DNA of 64,000 bases from a virus. Positions 58,039 through 64,000 of this stretch are shown here, piece after piece. Made by a program: the position numbers and the translations under genes. The notes below the pieces were generated by a model that ran no database searches, was not told the origin of the DNA, and saw only the letters and a program-made list of their open reading frames with translations. Within the stretch, counting starts at the first letter, position 1; the number at the start of each line of letters is the position of its first letter. Location of the stretch: IMG/VR virus record IMGVR_UViG_3300027608_000016, positions 1-64,000 of that record, one strand, 5' to 3'.

Positions 58039-59172
58039 TTAGAACATTGCTCCGAAGGCTTGTCCAGCAGTTTTAAATCTTTCTGAGAAATCTGATTTTT
58101 CTTTAATTTCTTGGGCATAAATAGATATCGCATTATAGATTTCTGGTGCTATAGATTTACAATCTTCGACTTTTTGTATAGAATTCAATTTTCTTTGGTC
58201 GTAATTTGCGTCAGGTGTTTTACCAGTTTCAGTAACATCAGGTATTTCAACACTTTTAAGTTCAATATTCGTAACACCATTTAATAATTGGATATAACCT
58301 TTTTGCAACTGGAAATCTTTTTTTCTTGCTAACTCGCTCCCAACAACAGTAGCATCTTCTCCGACATTTTTATCTATCAGTTTATTTTTTTCTATGTTAT
58401 CAATATACCAAGATATTATACTTTCTACACAAGTTAATAAACCACGAGATAAAGAAACATCCATTGATTTTTTACCTCTGGCATAATCTAGAGGATAATA
58501 TATTATATCCAATACACTTTTCTCATTATAATTAAATTTTTGGGTTTTACTTTTTATTTTAGTTATTTCTAAAAGTGTTTGTAATATTGTTTTGTTACTA
58601 TATTCATTTATTGCAATTCCGCTTCCTGTTTGATTAAATAATTGTCTAAGTCTAGGAGATTTAAAATCGGCTTCATCATAATCTGTAAACTTTACAGTTG
58701 TTAACATTTGCCATTTTAATTCTTTATTTAATTCTGCTAATCCATAAGCTTTATATTTTGCACCTTTTGAACCTTTTGAAGTATTATTAACAAAGTTCAA
58801 AATGTGGCTGCCCTTTGAATTTTCATCCAACAATGCAGATATACTTGTATTACCATTTCTTTCCGCTAAAGTCCAAAGGGAATATCCTAAATCTAGGAAC
58901 GGAAAATTCTGTCTTTCTCTTAATAATTCAAGTTTACTTGCATATTTTTGTCCTCCTCTACCTAAAGAAGACCCGGTTTGTAATAAAGATTTAAGTTGAT
59001 CCGCTTTGAGAGTCATATTATTAGCTGTTGCTATAGCTATTAACTCTTTATAAAATGTATCTGTCATTTCGAGGCTGGTTTTAATTTTAGTTTTAATTTT
59101 AGTTTTTTTCTTCCCTTTAGCCTCATTTAAAACCAAAAGCTCTGATTCTACCATTTTCGTGAAATTCATCAT
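58039..59172 (-). CDS. Hypothetical, putative virion/internal protein
   Basis: 377-aa ORF; TTAAATA 5 nt upstream; N-terminus ...LNEAK. Confidence 0.7.
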   Translation of the reverse strand: MMNFTKMVESELLVLNEAKGKKKTKIKTKIKTSLEMTDTFYKELIAIATANNMTLKADQLKSLLQTGSSLGRGGQKYASKLELLRERQNFPFLDLGYSLWTLAERNGNTSISALLDENSKGSHILNFVNNTSKGSKGAKYKAYGLAELNKELKWQMLTTVKFTDYDEADFKSPRLRQLFNQTGSGIAINEYSNKTILQTLLEITKIKSKTQKFNYNEKSVLDIIYYPLDYARGKKSMDVSLSRGLLTCVESIISWYIDNIEKNKLIDKNVGEDATVVGSELARKKDFQLQKGYIQLLNGVTNIELKSVEIPDVTETGKTPDANYDQRKLNSIQKVEDCKSIAPEIYNAISIYAQEIKEKSDFSERFKTAGQAFGAMF

Positions 59173-59206
59173 ATTATTATTTAACGTTTTCGATAAGTAT
59201 TTCTAT

Positions 59207-59668
59207 ATGAAAAAGGGAAGAGGGTTTAAACAGGGAATATTCAAGCCAAATAATCCCGCTAAATATAATGGAAGTTTACCTATTATATATCGTTCTTCTT
59301 ACGAACTGATATTTTTTAGGTGGTTAGATAGTAATCCTAGAGTTGTATGTTGGGGTAGTGAATCTGTGATAATACCGTATCAAGACCCTTTATCACCAGT
59401 TAAAAAGCTTAGGAGATACTTTGTAGATAACAGCGTAACCATTAGAAACGATAAAGGCGAACATAAAAAATATCTAATAGAGATTAAGCCTTATTGTCAA
59501 ACTATACCGCCACAGGTTAAAAGGCATACTAAATCCACTCCTAGACAACAAGCTACATATATTAAAAACATAGCAAAATGGAAAGCTGCGGTAGAATGGT
59601 GTGATAAAAAGGGGGATGTTAAATTCATGCTTATAACCGAAAAGGAACTATCTTCTTTGAGAATTTAA
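59207..59668 (+). CDS. gp4: Head completion nuclease, T4 gp4-like (TnsA-like)
   Basis: FKPNNPAKY, YRSSYE, WGSE, YFVD, IEIKP, KWKAA, ITEKEL; start reassigned. Confidence 0.9.
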   Translation: MKKGRGFKQGIFKPNNPAKYNGSLPIIYRSSYELIFFRWLDSNPRVVCWGSESVIIPYQDPLSPVKKLRRYFVDNSVTIRNDKGEHKKYLIEIKPYCQTIPPQVKRHTKSTPRQQATYIKNIAKWKAAVEWCDKKGDVKFMLITEKELSSLRI

Positions 59669-59799
59669 TCTGGTAGAGCTATATCACGCTTCTTATTTTT
59701 AACGTTTTTTCCTTTTTTGGTGTTCCAATTAATGTCATCAAAATTAGAATTGAATTTTCTAATGTTGGTCGGTCTTTGTTTTGATCCTTTTCCTGCCAT
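59665..59799 (-). CDS. Small basic protein (44 aa, MAGKGSKQRP...)
   Basis: Manual translation MAGKGSKQRPTNIRKFNSNFDDINW...; below the ORF-track cutoff; this motif type is common in large phages. Confidence 0.65.
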   Translation of the reverse strand: MAGKGSKQRPTNIRKFNSNFDDINWNTKKGKNVKNKKRDIALPD

Positions 59800-59833
59800 A
59801 ATATATTCTAATTTATCCTAGAGTTTTTGAATA

Positions 59834-60181
59834 TCAAGCTGTTTCGAAAAGATTTATATCCATTTTATCCCCATTCAACTTCCCTATTACTAGGACATTC
59901 TTACCTGTTAATTCGTTGTAACTTATGGCATACGCATCCACCATGTTCCTTACATCTTGTGGTGTAGGCATATTATAACCAGTCTTTTTACTAGAATTGT
60001 CAATTGCTTTATAAAGATTAGAAAGGTTGATTACTCCTTCAGAAATACTTTCCGAGGATTTCTTATAATCATCTGGTGTTAAAGTTCCATCCATATAATC
60101 AGTGGATTGAGCCATTACATCATTTTCTATTTTACTCAAAGCCTGTTTAATTTTGTTCAATTTTTCAGATTCTTCTTCCAT
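59834..60181 (-). CDS. Hypothetical protein
   Basis: ORF in operon orientation. Confidence 0.65.
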   Translation of the reverse strand: MEEESEKLNKIKQALSKIENDVMAQSTDYMDGTLTPDDYKKSSESISEGVINLSNLYKAIDNSSKKTGYNMPTPQDVRNMVDAYAISYNELTGKNVLVIGKLNGDKMDINLFETA

Positions 60182-60182
60182 A

Positions 60183-60731
60183 TTACAATATTTTGAAGAA
60201 TTTTAGCACACCCGCTAAAAAAATCAACCCGCCAATCGCCATTCTCAGAATGAATATTGTATGTTTTTGTGCATCGATTATTTTCTTATCACTCTCAATT
60301 CGTAGAATCATTTCGTTGGTGACTTTCTTTTGATTGTCTAATTGAACGTTTACTTCTACTACCTGATGTTCTAAAGTTAGTTTATCCTTTTTCAATTGTT
60401 CTGCAACCTCTTTAGTTTCGAGAAGTGCATTATATTCATCTGAACCAGTTATTACAATTTTTTGATCTTTGAATTTTTCTGGTATTATTAAACGTCTCTG
60501 TTTATTTACAGTTATAGATTCTATTTTTATTCTGTCTTTGAGACTTGGAGGTATGACAATTCTGCAAACCTCATTTAAATACGATTCAGTATACTCGAAT
60601 CTCCCTACATCAAATGAATCCTTTGCAGCATATACTGAAACTGACAAAGCCTTGGATTGTTTTTCCACATACTTAGTATTAACACATGAAGATGTTAACA
60701 ATAGCATTATGGCCAATAAAAGGGGTTTCAT
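60183..60731 (-). CDS. Lipoprotein with C-terminal TM helix, candidate unimolecular spanin
   Basis: Signal/lipobox MKPLLLAIMLLLTSS-C, coiled coil, C-terminal IFILRMAIGGLIFLAGVL-KFFK. Confidence 0.6.
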   Translation of the reverse strand: MKPLLLAIMLLLTSSCVNTKYVEKQSKALSVSVYAAKDSFDVGRFEYTESYLNEVCRIVIPPSLKDRIKIESITVNKQRRLIIPEKFKDQKIVITGSDEYNALLETKEVAEQLKKDKLTLEHQVVEVNVQLDNQKKVTNEMILRIESDKKIIDAQKHTIFILRMAIGGLIFLAGVLKFFKIL

Positions 60732-60733
60732 TT

Positions 60734-60964
60734 TTATTTTTTCTTTTTAAATTTTAACCAGAAAGGGGGCTTCTTAGAAGATTTTTTAGAGTCCTTCTTA
60801 GAGTCCTTTTTATCTTCTGGTTTATCTTTCTTATCTTTTTTGTCGTCTTTGTCCTCGTCTTTGTCTTTACCTTTACCTTTACCTTTACCTTTTTTAAATT
60901 TTTCCCAAAATTTAGGTTTTTTGGCTTCAGCTAAAAGTTGGTTGCATAATAGTTCAAATTTCAT
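60734..60964 (-). CDS. Small, highly charged Lys/Asp-rich protein
   Basis: MKFELL...EAK, KG and KKD repeats, PxFWxKFKK at both ends. Confidence 0.7.
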   Translation of the reverse strand: MKFELLCNQLLAEAKKPKFWEKFKKGKGKGKGKDKDEDKDDKKDKKDKPEDKKDSKKDSKKSSKKPPFWLKFKKKK

Positions 60965-60973
60965 ATATTTTAA

Positions 60974-61162
60974 TTATTTATCGATGTTTGTCTTTTTTAA
61001 CTTCAATTTTACTGATTTTGTTTTAGGTTTCTCCAATGAAAGTCTGATATCCAACAATTCGTCAATATCTTGAAAAATTCGAATCTTCTCTTCAGGGTAT
61101 TTTTCCAAACAACCTCTGCACATATCTAATAAATAATCGACTTGGGAAATATTCACAAACAT
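60974..61162 (-). CDS. Hypothetical protein
   Basis: Short ORF filling the gap between divergent genes. Confidence 0.5.
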   Translation of the reverse strand: MFVNISQVDYLLDMCRGCLEKYPEEKIRIFQDIDELLDIRLSLEKPKTKSVKLKLKKTNIDK

Positions 61163-61206
61163 ATTTATTGATTTTAAGTGGGGAATATGTTAACATTGTA
61201 ACTATT

Positions 61207-62190
61207 ATGGGAGGAAAAGCATTAAAAAACACATATACTAGACGGTATTCTTCTGAGGAGTTTCATACTTTAAAGGATGAAATGGAGTCTCTATTGTCTA
61301 ACGGTCTTAAAAAATTTCATATATTCACAGGATGGAAAAACAAAACAGATTTTGGAGATATGGACGTTTTAGTATTGTCAGAAACCAATTCAGGAGAAGA
61401 TTTGACTGCTTTCATAAAAAACACTTTTAATCCTTCTGAAATATTTAAAAATGGAGATTGTATATCTTTCGACTATAAGGAATTTCAGATCGATTTCATA
61501 AAGTCGTCTGTTGAAGATTGGGAAACTCAAAAGGTGTATTTACTGTATGGTGATTTAGGAAATTTAGTAGGAAGGCTATATAATTTCAGATACAATTTAA
61601 AGTATGGTCACAAAGGAGTATCGTTCACAGTTAAAGACGACACGAATAATCAATCATACGAAGATTGGATTGTTTCTAGAACACCTGAAAGAATATTTAA
61701 AAATATTGGGCTTAGTTGGGAAAAATTTCAAAAAGGATTTGATACTAAAGAAGAAGTTTTTGAATATGTTATAAACTCTCCGTTTTTCAACTCTGCAATA
61801 TTTGATTTTGAAAACTTGAATCATATAAATAGAGTCAGAAATCGCAAGAGGGATTTCTATAACAGTTTCTTAGATTATATAAAAGATATACCCAAGAAAC
61901 CTATAATAGAATTCAATTCTGTAGAAACGTTAAAAATGGTGCAGGAGGTTTGGGGAGGATTGGAAAATGATTCTGATCCTACACCTCTAGTGGAAAGATA
62001 TGAAAATTTCATATACGATAAACGCCTTAGACAATTAATCAAAAACAAAGTAGTAGGAATAGTTAGAGGGCTAGGCTATGAAAATAAACAGTTGGGAGAA
62101 AAAATAAAAACGCTCACACCTTGGATGGAATCTAAATTAAAATGTTTAGATTCTGAGTCTTTATTGTCCGATATTAAAAGCATAATTTAA
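61207..62190 (+). CDS. Pol-beta-superfamily nucleotidyltransferase-like protein
   Basis: MGGKAL start, DFGDMDVLV, FQIDFI; promoter TTGATT-N17-TAACAT at 61168-61196. Confidence 0.7.
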   Translation: MGGKALKNTYTRRYSSEEFHTLKDEMESLLSNGLKKFHIFTGWKNKTDFGDMDVLVLSETNSGEDLTAFIKNTFNPSEIFKNGDCISFDYKEFQIDFIKSSVEDWETQKVYLLYGDLGNLVGRLYNFRYNLKYGHKGVSFTVKDDTNNQSYEDWIVSRTPERIFKNIGLSWEKFQKGFDTKEEVFEYVINSPFFNSAIFDFENLNHINRVRNRKRDFYNSFLDYIKDIPKKPIIEFNSVETLKMVQEVWGGLENDSDPTPLVERYENFIYDKRLRQLIKNKVVGIVRGLGYENKQLGEKIKTLTPWMESKLKCLDSESLLSDIKSII

Positions 62191-62202
62191 TAAGTATTAT
62201 AT

Positions 62203-62691
62203 GTGAAGAGTTTGATAGAAAATTTATACTCTACTGAAGAGTGCAACGCTATTAAAAAGTTGTATAAGGATGACCCCACCACTCATAGATTGTTGTATAA
62301 AGCATTTTCAGATAAAATATTAACCTCGTCAAATATATTCATAGAATCGAAACCATTGGACGTTTTATCTTTTATTTGTATGGGCAGCACATTCGCCAAA
62401 TCTGAAGTGGAATGTCAAACTGTTGCCGTTATAGTATATAGACAACTTAAATCCGAATCTCCTCTTCCTTATATCACAGAAGATACTGGAATAGTATTTG
62501 CTGAAAAAACTTTGATATCTTTAGCCCTCTTCAAAGCCGCTATGGATAGAAGAACTGATTTATATGGGGCACCAAGTCCAGAATATTATAGAGGAATATC
62601 TAAAGAAATATTCATAAAAAATAACCATGAAGACATTTCAGAAAATCATGAAAAGTGGGAGAATTTTTTGCATGAATTGTTACTAACTTAA
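62203..62691 (+). CDS. Hypothetical protein
   Basis: GTG start with TAAGTA 6 nt upstream. Confidence 0.65.
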   Translation: MKSLIENLYSTEECNAIKKLYKDDPTTHRLLYKAFSDKILTSSNIFIESKPLDVLSFICMGSTFAKSEVECQTVAVIVYRQLKSESPLPYITEDTGIVFAEKTLISLALFKAAMDRRTDLYGAPSPEYYRGISKEIFIKNNHEDISENHEKWENFLHELLLT

Positions 62692-63161
62692 TGGGTTCCA
62701 GTGCTACCTAAACCATTTTCTCCACGAGATGTTTTATCTAATTCATTGACACGATGAAAGTATGCTTCGTGATGTTTTTCGAAGATTATCTGTCCTATTC
62801 TCATACCTTTAGTGATTTCTACATCAACACCCTCAAGTTTGGCATGTCTATCACCTTCATATTTAACATACTCCTTTTTCAGGTTTATTAATATGACACC
62901 AATATCCCCTAGAAAATCTGAATCTATTACTCCTGCCATAGTGTCCAACCCTTCTTTAAAAGCTAGACCTGAACGTGGTGCTATTCTACCATAATATCCA
63001 TTTGGAATTTTCATGGATATTCCTGTTTTAAACAATCTCCTTTCTCCGTAAGCTAAAACATAATCTTCTGTGGAATATAAATCATAACCAGCAGAATTAT
63101 CCGAACCGCGAGTGGGTATTATTCCACTATCATTTAATTTTTTAATTTGAATTATCATCAT
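62688..63161 (-). CDS. dut: Trimeric dUTPase
   Basis: AGYDL, RIAPRSGLA, GVIDSD, RIGQ, RGENGLGSTG; probable start MMIIQIKK. Confidence 0.95.
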   Translation of the reverse strand: MMIIQIKKLNDSGIIPTRGSDNSAGYDLYSTEDYVLAYGERRLFKTGISMKIPNGYYGRIAPRSGLAFKEGLDTMAGVIDSDFLGDIGVILINLKKEYVKYEGDRHAKLEGVDVEITKGMRIGQIIFEKHHEAYFHRVNELDKTSRGENGLGSTGTH

Positions 63162-63162
63162 A

Positions 63163-63408
63163 TTAAAACTGAAACTCCAACTGTCTTGAATCCTTCCCCC
63201 AAAACCATACCAAATCACCGTCTTCTGCATCTAAACAATCTCCATGTTCTGCTATAGAATATTCAACTCTTTTAACGTTTCCTATTTCCAATCGTTCCGC
63301 CAATTCCAAAATTTCTTCATCTCTTTCTTCCCCACCACATTCAGCCACACGTTCTTTTGAGGCTGCTAATAATATTTCGGTGAATTCTTTATATTTATCG
63401 GTAGTCAT
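63163..63408 (-). CDS. Hypothetical protein
   Basis: Promoter TTGATT-N16-TAAAAT (63416-63443) 7 nt upstream. Confidence 0.65.
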   Translation of the reverse strand: MTTDKYKEFTEILLAASKERVAECGGEERDEEILELAERLEIGNVKRVEYSIAEHGDCLDAEDGDLVWFWGKDSRQLEFQF

Positions 63409-63446
63409 AGATTGTATTTTATCATGAAATCCAGTGAAATCAAATG

Positions 63447-64000
63447 TTAAAGTGAATATTTTTTCAGGACTTTTTGGAACATGTTTAAACTTTCAGGAAC
63501 AGTAACAGGAACTTCTGGAGTTGCATCTTTTGTTGCGAAATCGTTTATGAAATCTATTATCTCTTCAGAGGTTTTTTTGATTATGTCTTCATTTTTGTTG
63601 ATATGTTCTGCGTCTATTTTCCATAATACTAGATAGTTTTCTGTGGTGCCTGTAGGTAGACCGAACTCTTCCAATACTACATGTGCAACACCTTCTGCTT
63701 GTAACTCTTTAACCTGTTTAGAAAAGGTCTTTCTATCGTCTTTCCAGTGCAACATCTCATGGGCCAATTCGTGTATTAATGTGGCTATGTTAGTGTTTAT
63801 AAGGTTTATGCTTCCTCCTTTACTAACTCCTCTAGCACCTTCATGACCAACATTCCCAAGAGATACAGTAACGCCTTTAGTTTTCGCCAATTCCACCAAA
63901 GCATCATAAATTATTCTGGTTTTTTCATCTGCTTCTTCCTCTGAATACCATTTAATTTCGTCTGGTATTTTAACAGCTTTTCCGGGAATCTCTTCAGTTT
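63447..64000 (-). CDS. Zincin (HExxH) domain protein, ArdC/ImmA-like; starts beyond the right edge
   Basis: TLIHELAHEMLH...ELQAEGVAH...YL..W; the frame stays open to the window end. Confidence 0.75.
   Translation of the reverse strand, partial: TEEIPGKAVKIPDEIKWYSEEEADEKTRIIYDALVELAKTKGVTVSLGNVGHEGARGVSKGGSINLINTNIATLIHELAHEMLHWKDDRKTFSKQVKELQAEGVAHVVLEEFGLPTGTTENYLVLWKIDAEHINKNEDIIKKTSEEIIDFINDFATKDATPEVPVTVPESLNMFQKVLKKYSL

Noticed and set aside
59207-59668. TnsA transposase of a Tn7-like element
   Set aside because: The motifs match T4 gp4 head completion protein, and there are no tnsB/tnsC genes or transposon ends.
1-64000. Stop-codon reassignment, as seen in some large phages
   Set aside because: Core genes are full length in the standard code, and TAA, TAG and TGA all appear as genuine stops.
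1-64000. tRNA, rRNA or CRISPR loci
   Set aside because: Intergenic gaps are short and AT-rich; I saw no cloverleaf or repeat-spacer pattern by eye. A covariance search was not run.

Overview
This AT-rich, gene-dense window comes from a large T4-like (gp18/19/32/41/43/46/47/55/61-type) myovirus that uses the standard genetic code. From left to right it holds: a tail/baseplate module; a terminase locus; a T4-like replication block; and a ~21-kb island of 22 glycan-related genes sitting between gp46 and gp47. These are followed by the late sigma factor, uvsW/uvsY and a mixed accessory region (primase, gp4, dUTPase, a candidate unimolecular spanin and several putative internal head proteins). Main points: (1) The large terminase is fractured by an atypically split intein (35-aa IntN, 117-aa IntC) with a free-standing Vsr-like endonuclease between the halves. 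An intein-free, ATPase-only TerL paralog lies next to it. (2) The glycan island appears to make unusual NDP-sugars (ColD/ColC-type 3,6-dideoxyhexose, a ThDP-dependent branched sugar, and a possible ketose-phosphate module) and carries about 13 candidate glycosyltransferases, with an unknown target. (3) Many genes have their own sigma70-type (mostly 16-bp spacer) or TAAATA late promoter only 5-17 nt from the start codon, and I saw no Shine-Dalgarno motifs. All product calls come from recognising motifs by eye; no database search was run.
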